This document shows, piece by piece, positions 1 to 9,015 of a stretch of DNA of 64,000 nt; position 1 is the first letter of the stretch, and each line of letters opens with the position of its first letter. The DNA comes from Pyrodictiaceae archaeon (GTDB lineage: Archaea; Thermoproteota; Thermoprotei_A; Sulfolobales; Pyrodictiaceae), in NCBI GenBank assembly GCA_027036135.1, contig JALVSY010000007.1, forward strand, positions 612,880 to 676,879, given 5' to 3'. A program made the translations under genes and the position numbers. Below the pieces are notes generated by a model. That model saw only the letters and a program-made list of their open reading frames with translations, was not told the origin of the DNA and made no database searches.

Positions 1-1
1 G

Positions 2-335
2 ATAGTATACAACGAGCTACTCTACACTACAGGCGCGAAGATTGCCCGGATAAAGTATGGCGTTAAGGGAAAATACTCATTCCGGGAGGCGTATAGCCAA
101 ATATGGATTCCCTAAAGAAGCCATAGAGAAGGTTAACAGTTTCATCAAGGACTTCAAAATAACCATACTAAGGGATCACCAGGACCCAGACGAACTCGTT
201 GAGGCAATCAAGGCTTATAGACTAGCGCCAAACGATGCCCAAATAGCCTTAACCTGCAAGCATAGAGACATAGGAAAGCTAGCAACATTCGACAAGGACT
301 TCAAGCAAGTTCCATGGCTCAACCTAATTCCGTAA
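2..335 (+). pseudogene. PIN-domain (VapC-like) toxin, frameshifted, 5' end outside window
   Basis: Frame 2 from base 2 reads IVYNELLYTTGAKIARIKYGVKGKYSFR. The PIN C-terminus (RIAKYGFP...PNDAQIALTC...ATFDKDF) is in frame 3. The shift lies at GGG 84-86. Confidence 0.75.
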
Positions 336-379
336 CTCTTGAGAGATTATCAACTAGGGTGATCTAGTATCAATATTCC

Positions 380-530
380 TTAATCCTGATCCACGAGACC
401 ACCGAGCCCGTGCTAAAGCATCATATATACAGTGATGATGCTCTACAAATAGCCTCAGCACGTCATACGAATTGTAAGCACTTAGTTACAGCCAATAAGA
501 AGCTCGCTAAAGTGACGGCTGTCGAAAACC
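380..530 (+). pseudogene. PIN/VapC C-terminal remnant
   Basis: Manual translation VLKHHIYSDDALQIASARHTNCKHLVTANKKLAKV matches the VapC C-terminal pattern (Y-x-x-DALQIA...T-x-D). The N-terminal half is missing. Confidence 0.6.
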
Positions 531-984
531 AGCGGTCATCACGGCGGGAGACGAAGCAATATAGGGCCGGAGTAGTCCAGTAGTTAGACATAATCATCCC
601 TAAGTAGTCTCGTCGAGTAGTCACTCCGAGCCTTAGTCTCTTGGCTTGGAGGCAAGCTTCACGGTCGTCGATTAGAAGCAGGCTGGCATTAATCTCTAGA
701 GCTAGTACCATTACCTCTGCTCTGCCCTCGTCCAGCATAAATTGGAGAATTCTCTTCAAGCGTTCATCCTTTATTCCTACTACCTTGATCCAAGAGGCTT
801 CCCTTACCTCTCTTGAGCCTGGCCGTCCCCGTCCCTCCACTACGACCTCGCGATACACCGCAGGAGGGATTAGGAGCTCGCCGAAGAACTCTCTTAGTAG
901 GCTGAGGCGCCCTATCTGTGAGAGGCGTATCAAGGGACTAGAGTTAGACACTACTGTCCTGCTCTTCCGCGAAGGCGATGTCAT
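463..984 (-). pseudogene. DUF3368-type PIN protein with C-terminus replaced
   Basis: VVSNSSPLI...LDEGRAE...LLLIDDR motifs. After GVT (~620) the expected GTLG segment is missing and the ORF runs antisense through another PIN remnant. Confidence 0.7.
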
Positions 985-1225
985 CCTCCAGCTCCTCCCT
1001 TGTATAATGTCTCTCGATACCCCTCTTGGCTAGCTCCTCTAGGAACTCCCACTTGGATAGCCCAGCAAGGCGACGGGCCTGACCAAGACTAAGTACTCCC
1101 CGAGCATAGAGAGCTATCGCTAGCTCTATCCTGGCAACCCTCTCGAACTCCTCTTCTGGGACACGAGCACCCTCAACAATATCCCTTGGGACGCGTATCA
1201 CAACAAACTTGCTCTTTGATGACAC
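944..1225 (-). CDS. UPF0175-family antitoxin
   Basis: ELAIALY...SLGQARRLAGLSKWEFLEEL...HYTREELEDD. Overlaps the DUF3368 PIN gene, the usual pairing. Confidence 0.85.
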   Translation of the reverse strand: MSSKSKFVVIRVPRDIVEGARVPEEEFERVARIELAIALYARGVLSLGQARRLAGLSKWEFLEELAKRGIERHYTREELEDDIAFAEEQDSSV

Positions 1226-1586
1226 CCGGATACCCTATTTGCTAGAACAATCATAATGAATTATAAGTCTTTAAGGAATCAGTATCTTCTAACAGCGTGC
1301 CGAAGAACGCTGCCTAGGCAAGCTGAGGACGGAATATCATCCCTTAAAAGCTCATGTATTTAGCAATGCCGCATTATACTATACCGTAAAGACGTGGAGA
1401 TACGGGGAGACTAGCGAGCTTTAGCATACTCAATAGCAGGCATTAGATAATCAGACTCATCACTATGTTTCGGTCCGTATCCTACCCTAAAGCGTCTGCT
1501 TCTAAGTCTAGGGTCTTCGGGCTGAATGGAGCTTATGGGTCTTCAAGACCCCTTACGCATTTTCTTAATACCTGGCCCTCATTATT

Positions 1587-1715
1587 CTAACGTTTACTAA
1601 TCAGTATCGCTACATGCTTGGTTGTTGCTATGCAGTATGCGTCGTCTGCTCTACAGCCAGTAAGCAAGGCTACCTCTGCCGCCTTATCGTGGACGAGTTC
1701 CTCGTCTATATACAT
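1587..1715 (-). pseudogene. PIN/VapC C-terminal remnant
   Basis: Manual translation YIDEELVHDKAAEVALLTGCRADDAYCIATTKHVAILISKR* resembles the crenarchaeal VapC motif TGCRAxDAYxIA. Confidence 0.6.
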
Positions 1716-1748
1716 TGATGTGCCTAAGCACTATTTTTAGCAGTATAT

Positions 1749-2489
1749 CTAGATTGTTAGTATTGATAAATCGTTTGGCACTATTATTCCCCGCCCTTGT
1801 GTCTTTTTTGCCTCGTTTATGCTCTGTATTGTTAGGTGTACTAGGGCTAGTAGCGCGTCCCTCCTCATATGCGTCTTGTAGCTTGTTGCCTGGGTGACTG
1901 TTTGGTGCCCTGTCCCTCTCGCTACTTCCTCCATCCCGGTGGGCATTGTGGCCTCTGTTATCATTAGATCTATCTCTCTGGCTAGTTCCTGATAGGCAGT
2001 GGTTAGCCTCGTGTCTGATGTGTAGAGGAGTCTTGCCCCGTTTTTCTCCTCTACTATGGCTCCGTAGCAGGGAATGCTGTGGCTAGATGTGGTTATCCTG
2101 AGCACTGTGTCTCCGAGTCTTAGTTCTTCGTGGAGCCTGGCGGCTATGATGCTTATTCTTGGCTGGGCGCTGCGTGGCATCAGTCGTAGTGCTATGTCTT
2201 TCGCGCTCTCTACTAGGGGCTCTGGGATCACTATGCCTGGGGGATTGGTGTTCTCTGCGGCTGCGTAGACTGTTAGCTCGAATAGCCCCGACCAGTGATC
2301 GAGGTGAAGATGGGACAGGTAGACATAGTCTATGTCGTGGACGCTGTAGCCTGCCTCGTAGAGGCGCTGGCCGCACCCTGGCCCACAGTCTAGCAAGACC
2401 CTGGTATCGCTGGTCTCGATGAGTATGCTGTTCTCTGCCCTGCCCGGAGGCGCGCCAGCACCCCCTGTGCCGAGGAACACGATGCGCAA
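1749..2489 (-). CDS. MBL-fold metallo-hydrolase (RNase Z-like)
   Basis: FLGTGG, LDCG, SHLHLDH, YTSDT, EAT and GH motifs. Confidence 0.85.
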   Translation of the reverse strand: MRIVFLGTGGAGAPPGRAENSILIETSDTRVLLDCGPGCGQRLYEAGYSVHDIDYVYLSHLHLDHWSGLFELTVYAAAENTNPPGIVIPEPLVESAKDIALRLMPRSAQPRISIIAARLHEELRLGDTVLRITTSSHSIPCYGAIVEEKNGARLLYTSDTRLTTAYQELAREIDLMITEATMPTGMEEVARGTGHQTVTQATSYKTHMRRDALLALVHLTIQSINEAKKTQGRGIIVPNDLSILTI

Positions 2490-2545
2490 AGAAGGAGCAC
2501 CCGCTAGGAATGTTCTAAGCGTGACTTGTAGCCTCGGCTAGGTAT

Positions 2546-2896
2546 TTATTGTTGCTCTTGTAGCGTTGTTGCTTCTCTTAGCTCGTTTAGGTAGCTAATT
2601 GTCTCCTTTACCCCCTTGTCTGTCGGCTCTATTACTAGTCGTGGGCCTAGTGGTGTGAACCTGTATCGTTGCCTGATGTACCCGTGCTCTTCTAGGCGTT
2701 GGAGGTGTGACCAGAGGTTACCCGGGGTCATTTCGAGGGCTTTTTGTAGCGCGGTGAAGTCTAGGCCTCCCCTGGCTACTAGGAGCAGCATTATTGCTAG
2801 CCTAGCTGGGGCTGCGAGTACGTGGCCTCGTAGCCTTAGTAGCTTCTTTGCCTTCTCCTCTGCACTGGTCAAGAGGGACCTAGCTCCACGTGCCAA
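2546..2896 (-). CDS. ArsR/MarR-like winged-helix transcriptional regulator
   Basis: RLAIMLLL...DFTALQKAL.MTPGNLWSHL..LEE.GY. Confidence 0.85.
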   Translation of the reverse strand: MARGARSLLTSAEEKAKKLLRLRGHVLAAPARLAIMLLLVARGGLDFTALQKALEMTPGNLWSHLQRLEEHGYIRQRYRFTPLGPRLVIEPTDKGVKETISYLNELREATTLQEQQ

Positions 2897-2923
2897 TATA
2901 GAGCCTTATTGCTACGGGGTGCC

Positions 2924-3553
2924 CTAGGCTAGTTTCTTGAGGGCTTGGTAGACGTAGGCGAGGGCTGTGGCTGTGTAGGCCAGCATTATGAGTACGGCTG
3001 CGTATCCCCAGCCCGCGAGGAGCGCTAGCGGCGACCCGGCTAGCAGTAGTAGTGCCGATATCATGGGCGGGTTCGCTGCCTCCTCGCCATAGCACTTCTC
3101 CATCAACGCGTTGCCCAGGTTACCGGCCCCGAGCGCGACTAGCACCGAGAAGGATGCTGCGTAGCCTCCGCCGCGGCCAGCGAGGTCTGCGAGCACCCAG
3201 GCAGCGTACATCACTAGGGGGAAGGAGGCCCACGCGACTAGTGAGAACTTGTTGCACTTCCTCCTAGTAGTTCTCTCTCCGAGCCTTGCCTCGAGCTGGG
3301 CTAGGTAGCTCCTAGCATACCTATTGGTAGCGTAGATAACGAGTATAGCTGCTATAACCCAGTAAGTGATACTGGTAACTGCTTGGCCTCCACTGCTCAG
3401 CCCCCGGTACCACGGAGTCATGGCGATGAGTAGGAAGAGGTTAATCGCTACACCGTATGATAGATAAATTATTGCGCCGTAGAGCTTGTACCCCGTGTAG
3501 AGCTTCTCTAGGAGCTTCTCGAGCGTAGCCACTAGTTCTCTTTGCCCAGCCAC
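2924..3553 (-). CDS. Hypothetical integral membrane protein
   Basis: About 6 hydrophobic segments. Co-oriented upstream of the wHTH gene. GGAGG SD before GTG. Confidence 0.75.
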   Translation of the reverse strand: MAGQRELVATLEKLLEKLYTGYKLYGAIIYLSYGVAINLFLLIAMTPWYRGLSSGGQAVTSITYWVIAAILVIYATNRYARSYLAQLEARLGERTTRRKCNKFSLVAWASFPLVMYAAWVLADLAGRGGGYAASFSVLVALGAGNLGNALMEKCYGEEAANPPMISALLLLAGSPLALLAGWGYAAVLIMLAYTATALAYVYQALKKLA

Positions 3554-3748
3554 TGTTCCTCCACGCTCCCTGGGGTATTCTGGCGCGTTCCGGGGCTAAG
3601 CCTTGTCTAGGGGCTTTGCACGACAGAGTACTTGTGAGAGGACTAAGCCGTGCCTACTTACTAGGGTAACGTTTTTATACCATGCCAGGGAGCACTTGGT
3701 TCACAGCCGAAGAGACCCTTATGTATAGAGCTTTGTGGAGGGGGACCG

Positions 3749-4609
3749 CTTGGATTCGCATGGCTACTAGATAGCGAGACATGTCTACAATGCCTCTTTG
3801 GTAGCAGGGAGAAGCTCGGACTAGGCCACGAAAAGATACAGGAAATCCTGGCAAAGTATCGTGGCTCTCGTACCCGCGTCTTCGTTGAGACGTACCGCGT
3901 TCTACGAGTAGATGGTATGGATCCGCTGCGTAGTGCTAAGCAGAAGCTAAATAACCAAGCACTAGGCGCCCTAGAGGAACTAGCCCCTAGGATCCTGGAG
4001 GAGCAAGACTTCCTCAACGTTCTCGGGGCAGCTGCTCTAGCTAATAGCGTGGATATATGGTTGCCGGGTAGGAGCGAGACCGGGCTAGTCCTAGAGGGCA
4101 GGGTCAGGTTCGTCAATGCTGAGAGGGCTAGGAGGATACTAGGCAATGCGGGCCTCGTTGCCTATCTCTTGGATAATTCCGGGGAAGCCGTGGTAGATAT
4201 TGTGGCTGCCCTGAGGCTAGCCATGGAGGGGAAGGAGGTAGTCCTTGTCGCTCGGGGAGAACCCTACGAGCTCGACGTGACGGCTGAGGAGGCTCAGAGG
4301 CTCCTAGTAGAGGTTGCAAGGAGGCTCCGGATGAGCACCAAGAGGGTAAGGGTAGTGAGCACGGGGAGTGCTTACCCCGGGTTCGCCACGGGCCTTGTCT
4401 CCAGCAGGGTAGCATACCTATTGGTTGACGCGGATGCTGTCGTGTCAAAGGGTATTGCTAACTACGAGGCACTAGTGGAGTACTGTAGCACAGTCCCCGA
4501 GAAAACAATTGTGGCTCTGCGGGCGAAGTGCGCCCCGATAGCACGCATACTTGGAGCCGAGAGAGATGAGGCGGTTGTAGCTGCTGGGTATAGGTGCATG
4601 AGGCCATGA
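3749..4609 (+). CDS. ARMT1/DUF89 metal-dependent phosphatase
   Basis: ANSVD, DNSGE..VD, SKGIANYE and LRAKC motifs. The frame stays open upstream of ATG 3917 through the family N-terminal CLQC. No canonical in-frame start, so the start is uncertain. Confidence 0.8.
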   Translation, partial: LGFAWLLDSETCLQCLFGSREKLGLGHEKIQEILAKYRGSRTRVFVETYRVLRVDGMDPLRSAKQKLNNQALGALEELAPRILEEQDFLNVLGAAALANSVDIWLPGRSETGLVLEGRVRFVNAERARRILGNAGLVAYLLDNSGEAVVDIVAALRLAMEGKEVVLVARGEPYELDVTAEEAQRLLVEVARRLRMSTKRVRVVSTGSAYPGFATGLVSSRVAYLLVDADAVVSKGIANYEALVEYCSTVPEKTIVALRAKCAPIARILGAERDEAVVAAGYRCMRP

Positions 4610-5601
4610 AGCCCCGCATCCTGGTAACGGATAGCCTCCACCGGGTCTTCTGGGAGGCACTAGGCGGCTGCGCTGATATCGAGCAGAGAAGGGGCCTAGG
4701 CAAAGAGGAGCTAGTGAAACTAGTACCGGGCTACGATGTCCTCGTGGTGAGGAGCCGTACGAGAGTTGACCGCGACGTACTGGCTGCTGGTAGGCAGGGC
4801 AGGCTACGCCTCGTGGTACGAGCAGGCGTCGGCCTAGACAACATAGACCTGGAGGCAGCCAAGCAATACGAGATAGAGGTTGCCAACACCCCGACTGCTT
4901 CTAGCCAGAGCGTAGCAGAGCTAGCAATAGGGCTAATGATAGCAGCTGCAAGGGGCATCGCGTGGCTCAACCACCGAGCAAGACAAGGGGCTTGGAGCAA
5001 GGAGAGAGGCCTAGAGCTCTACGGCAAGACCCTGCTCGTCGTGGGGTTCGGTAGGATTGGTAGAAGGGTAGCAATGCTCGCCAAGGCCCTCGGGCTCATA
5101 GTAAAAGCATACGACGTGATAGACATAACGAGTGCTGCGAGGAACCTCGGCGTAGAGCCAGTCAAGGATCTCTGCGAGGCGCTTGGAGAAGCAGACCTTG
5201 TCTCCATACACGTGCCGCTAACCAAGCACACCTACCACCTATTCAGCGACAAGCTACTCGGCTGCCTCAAGCCAGGAGCAATACTAGTCAACACATCAAG
5301 AGGCGCAGTAGTTGACCCCGAGGCTCTCCTAAGAGCCCTCGAGACCGGCAGAGTATACGCTGCTGGGCTCGATGTCCTGGAGCACGAGCCGCCAATTACT
5401 GATGCTGAGAGGAAGCTATTGGAGCACCCCAGGGTAGTGATAACACCACACATAGGCGCCTCAACCGAGGAGGCACAGTACCGGGTAGCAGTACTAGCAG
5501 CAGCTAAGATAGCTGAGAAGCTGGGACTAGTGTGCCCAGAGACCCGCAGCATAGTAGCCAGGGTGTGCAAGGAGCTAGACTCAATGGGCCTAGGCTGCTA
5601 A
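4606..5601 (+). CDS. serA: D-3-phosphoglycerate dehydrogenase (short type) / 2-hydroxyacid dehydrogenase
   Basis: VRSRT, RAGVGLDNID, GFGRIG, NTSRG, LDV..HEP and TPHIGAST motifs. ATGA overlap with the upstream stop. Confidence 0.8.
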   Translation: MKPRILVTDSLHRVFWEALGGCADIEQRRGLGKEELVKLVPGYDVLVVRSRTRVDRDVLAAGRQGRLRLVVRAGVGLDNIDLEAAKQYEIEVANTPTASSQSVAELAIGLMIAAARGIAWLNHRARQGAWSKERGLELYGKTLLVVGFGRIGRRVAMLAKALGLIVKAYDVIDITSAARNLGVEPVKDLCEALGEADLVSIHVPLTKHTYHLFSDKLLGCLKPGAILVNTSRGAVVDPEALLRALETGRVYAAGLDVLEHEPPITDAERKLLEHPRVVITPHIGASTEEAQYRVAVLAAAKIAEKLGLVCPETRSIVARVCKELDSMGLGC

Positions 5602-5636
5602 GAACCGAGAACAGAGACAAAGGGGATGAACAGGCC

Positions 5637-6725
5637 GTGGTCCTCCTTACTCCCGGACCAGTTGAGGTCGCTGAGAGAGTTCGCAGAGCAGCTGCACGGG
5701 AAATGATTAGTCACAGGGGCCCAGAGTTCCGAGAACTACTCGAGGAAACGACAACACTGCTAGCAAGACTAGGCGACGCAGACGAGGCTCTCCTCCTCGC
5801 TGGCTCCGGGACAACAGCCGTTGATGCGATGACGTGGAGCCTGGTGCCCCGGGGCACGCGGGTCCTAGCCCTCGTCTGGGGCGAGTTCGGTGAACGCTTC
5901 GCCCAGTCAGCGATGCTGCGAGGAGCAGATGTCGAGGCCAAGGAGTACAGATGGGGAGAAGCACCCGGCCCAGAGGAGGTAGCAGCACTGCTAGAGGAGG
6001 ACAACTACGAGTACGTCCTCCTAGTCCACAACGAGACCAGTACCGGGCTAGCCTATAGAGACGTAGAGGAGATAGCCAGGACCGCTAAGAGGCATGGAGC
6101 CAAGCTACTAGTCGACAGTGTCTCCGGGTTCCCCGTGGAGGAGCTAAGCCTAGGCAACGGAGTATACGCCGTGGCAACCGCTAGTCACAAGGCGTTAGCA
6201 GCGCCACCTGGTGTAGCAATAGTGCTGCTGAGCCACGAAGCAGTGGAGGAGCTGGAGCAGAGGGGGAAGCAGAGCAAGGACGTCCCACCAGTCCTCGACC
6301 TTGCCAGGTATCATTGGTTCCTAGAGAGTCGCCGCGAAACACCATTCACCCCACCAGTCCCAACCATCTATGCCCTAAGAGAGACTCTCCTAGCGATAAC
6401 CGAGAAAGGGGTTGAGGAGCTGAGAAGGGAGCATATGGAACGCGCCAAAGTACTCTACGAGGAGCTACCGCGCAGCGGCTACAAGCCCCTAGTTAGGAAC
6501 AAGAGCTACAGGAGCAACACGGTGACCGCCTTCAGGGTACCGGGCTGCCTAGACGCAGTAATAATCAAGAAGGAGCTAGGCCGCAGAGGCTACACTATAG
6601 CCACGGGGATGGGCGAGCTAAAGAAGAGAGTCATACGCATAGGAGTAATGGGTGACATCGGTAAAAGAGACGTGGAGAACGCGGCAACGATACTAAGCAA
6701 CCTGGCAGAGAAGTGCAAGGACTAA
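5637..6725 (+). CDS. Class V PLP aminotransferase (serine-pyruvate/phosphoserine aminotransferase-like)
   Basis: LLTPGPV, HNETSTG, DSVS, SHKAL, TPFTP and RIGVMG motifs. GTG start at 5637. Confidence 0.9.
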   Translation: MVLLTPGPVEVAERVRRAAAREMISHRGPEFRELLEETTTLLARLGDADEALLLAGSGTTAVDAMTWSLVPRGTRVLALVWGEFGERFAQSAMLRGADVEAKEYRWGEAPGPEEVAALLEEDNYEYVLLVHNETSTGLAYRDVEEIARTAKRHGAKLLVDSVSGFPVEELSLGNGVYAVATASHKALAAPPGVAIVLLSHEAVEELEQRGKQSKDVPPVLDLARYHWFLESRRETPFTPPVPTIYALRETLLAITEKGVEELRREHMERAKVLYEELPRSGYKPLVRNKSYRSNTVTAFRVPGCLDAVIIKKELGRRGYTIATGMGELKKRVIRIGVMGDIGKRDVENAATILSNLAEKCKD

Positions 6726-6741
6726 GGGGCAGGGAGGCCCC

Positions 6742-7176
6742 CTAGTACGAGCGGAGCACTATCATCGTATAGGTTCCCTGGACACCGTCTATGGAGCGTA
6801 TATAGTCAATGATGTTGTTTATGTCCTGGGATGATCGAGCCCTCGCAATAACAAGTATATCGTACTCCCCAGTAACCTCGTACACCTTCTCAACCATCTT
6901 GTTCTGCATAATCTTCCTAGAGACCTCTGGTGTCTGCACTGGTGGCCTAGTCTTCACAAGTATCAATGCCACAACTTCGCCGGGGACATCATAGTCGATA
7001 GTGAACTTCTTTATAACCCCGAGCTTCCTCAGCTTCATAATCCTCTTACGCACAGCCGACTCAGATATACCGAGCTGGGCAGCCAGCGCTGCGTACGACT
7101 CTCTAGCATTCTGGCGCAATAACTCAAGGAGCTTATAGTCCTTCTGATCAAGCTTGTCCCCTACATCCCTCGGCAC
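6742..7176 (-). CDS. Lrp/AsnC family regulator (LysM-like)
   Basis: N-terminal HTH LD.KD..LL..L..NAR...GISESAVRKR and VYEVTGEYD effector domain. Confidence 0.9.
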   Translation of the reverse strand: MPRDVGDKLDQKDYKLLELLRQNARESYAALAAQLGISESAVRKRIMKLRKLGVIKKFTIDYDVPGEVVALILVKTRPPVQTPEVSRKIMQNKMVEKVYEVTGEYDILVIARARSSQDINNIIDYIRSIDGVQGTYTMIVLRSY

Positions 7177-7210
7177 TCTTGAACCCCTAGCGTTCTACAA
7201 TAAGAACACA

Positions 7211-7224
7211 ATATAAGCTTATAT
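7211..7224. promoter_or_regulatory. Palindrome ATATAAGCTTATAT at the TATA position of the Lrp gene
   Basis: Perfect 14-bp palindrome about 35 bp upstream of the Lrp start. Possible TATA box plus autoregulatory site. Confidence 0.4.
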
Positions 7225-7299
7225 GAAGAGGTAGCTATAAGAGGACGCCTAAATAATTAAGTAGTAGCAAAAGCCCGTGCTTCTACGGGGGCTAGGTCT

Positions 7300-7890
7300 C
7301 TATCGGCCTGGTTTCTCGTAGCTTAGTGAGTGGTAGCAGGCTACGTAGTGGCCCGGTGCTACTTCTCTGAGCCCTGGTTCCCTTGTCCTGCACTCTTGTG
7401 TCGCGAAGGGGCATCTGGGGTGCAGTCTACACCCGCTTGGTATCCTTGAGGGGTCTGGTACTTCTCCCCGTAGCTCTACCTGTATTGGCGGCTTCTTCCC
7501 GGATATGCGGGGTATCGCTGTCAATAGGGCGGCTGTGTAGGGGTGCCGGGGCTGCTTCATTATCTCGTTGGCTGGGCCTAGCTCGATTATCTTGCCTAGG
7601 TACATTACTGCTACGCGGTCTGCTACGAGCTTCGCTGTCGCTAAGTCATGTGTTATGAAGAGCATTGAGCTCCCTAGCTTGTCCTTGTAGTCCTTGAGCA
7701 GCTTCAGTATACCTGCCTTGACCGATACGTCTAGGCTAGAGGTCGGCTCATCCGCGACGATGAAGTCTGGCCCGAGGAGCATCGCTCTAATAATTGCTGC
7801 TCTTTGTAGCTGGCCACCGCTTAGCTGGTGAGGGTAGCGCCTAGCAAGGTTCCTTGGCGAGCCAACGCTCTCTAATAGCTCCCGACTCTC
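7300..7890 (-). pseudogene. Oligopeptide ABC ATPase (OppF/DppF-like), C-terminal half only
   Basis: YPHQLSGGQ, VADEPT, FITHDL, HPYT and GC.LHPRCP motifs. No Walker A. Sequence upstream of ~7890 is unrelated. Confidence 0.85.
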
Positions 7891-7915
7891 GTCCTTGCTA
7901 CGCAAGAGCCAGATA

Positions 7916-8239
7916 ATGTTAGTCCTTCTAGGATGACATCCAGACTGCATAAACCCAGAGGACTTCCTAGTTCCTCCACAGCGGGGCCAACAAGAGGACT
8001 GGCAGCGGTTACAACAGCCCAGAGGTAGACAAACTACTAGATGAGGCAGTACAGCTAACCAATAGGCAGCAGAGAGGAAAGCTCTACGAGAAGGTACAAG
8101 AGATACTCGCAGAGGACGTACCAATAATACCGCTGCTACAGGGCAAGCTCTTCATAGCGACACAGAAGAACGTGCACGGCGTAAAAGTAGCCCAACAATG
8201 TTGCTACCGTACTACACGCTATATAAGACAACGAGCTAA
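7916..8239 (+). pseudogene. Peptide ABC substrate-binding protein, C-terminal remnant
   Basis: Manual translation LLG*HPDCINPEDFL / FLHSGAN...YNSPEVDKLLDEA...KLYEKVQEILAEDVPIIPL / PTMLLPYYTLYK*, with one internal stop and two frameshifts. Confidence 0.75.
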
Positions 8240-8267
8240 TAGCTCAGCATAAACCCCCATATCGGTA

Positions 8268-8852
8268 TCACCGTGTTTTTTGCTTGGTCAATAGCTTCTC
8301 GTATTTCTTGAGGGCCTCCTTGACGTTCTCTATGACTTCTTCTTCGCTGGGCTCGTCGCTTTCCTCGCCGCTAGTGCTCTCCACGTAGCGCCTATAGGAG
8401 TGAATATAGGTCTCCATGTAGTAGTCTACGAAGCCTCTTAGCCTCTCTAGGTGAGCCTTTGCATTCTCGTTGAGCATGCCGCACCGCTTGTACATGGTCT
8501 CGAGCTCCGCTACGGTGCTAGAGAACGTCATTGCTAATCCCCTTAGATCGTTTATTACGTCCCGTAGCCTGAGCCTACAATTGAGGTAAGCGGCCTCGAC
8601 GCGGAAGTAGTACCATCGCTTATCCCATACCTCTCTATGAGTAGAGGGATCACCGTACATGGTCTCTAGCTCGTGGTAGCGGTACCCTTTCTTCACGAGC
8701 TCGCGTAGAGCCTGCTCAAGGCTGGTCTCGCGCTTCTCCGCGTAGCGGCGTAGCTGCTCGTACTCATCGCCCAGCATTGTTTGGAGGAGGCTCTCTAGCT
8801 CTTTCCGGGACAATTGTTTCTTGCCGCGTCTACCGCCTAGGCCTCTGAACAA
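8268..8852 (-). CDS. Hypothetical protein (helical, charged)
   Basis: 194-aa ORF with typical codon usage. No motif recognised. Confidence 0.65.
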   Translation of the reverse strand: MFRGLGGRRGKKQLSRKELESLLQTMLGDEYEQLRRYAEKRETSLEQALRELVKKGYRYHELETMYGDPSTHREVWDKRWYYFRVEAAYLNCRLRLRDVINDLRGLAMTFSSTVAELETMYKRCGMLNENAKAHLERLRGFVDYYMETYIHSYRRYVESTSGEESDEPSEEEVIENVKEALKKYEKLLTKQKTR

Positions 8853-9015
8853 CTATGCCCCCATAGTGCTCGTTGCTTATACCTCTGCGAGGAAATACGG
8901 CTTGCCCCAGTCACCGGTCAGCCCGTATCATGCCCTGGGCGGAGGCGACGACCAGCCGCTACACCAGGGGGTACCATTTTATGTCCCAGGTGTGTTTGTA
9001 GCCCGCACCCCTCGT

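Noticed and set aside
1538-1552. GGGTCTT-C-AAGACCC palindrome as an IS end or CRISPR repeat
   Set aside because: Single copy, no regular spacing, and no transposase or cas gene in the window.
8883-8897. 15-mer TATTTCCTCGCAGAG shared with 38102-38116
   Set aside because: A few 15-mer matches are expected by chance in 64 kb on two strands, and the position relative to genes is inconsistent.
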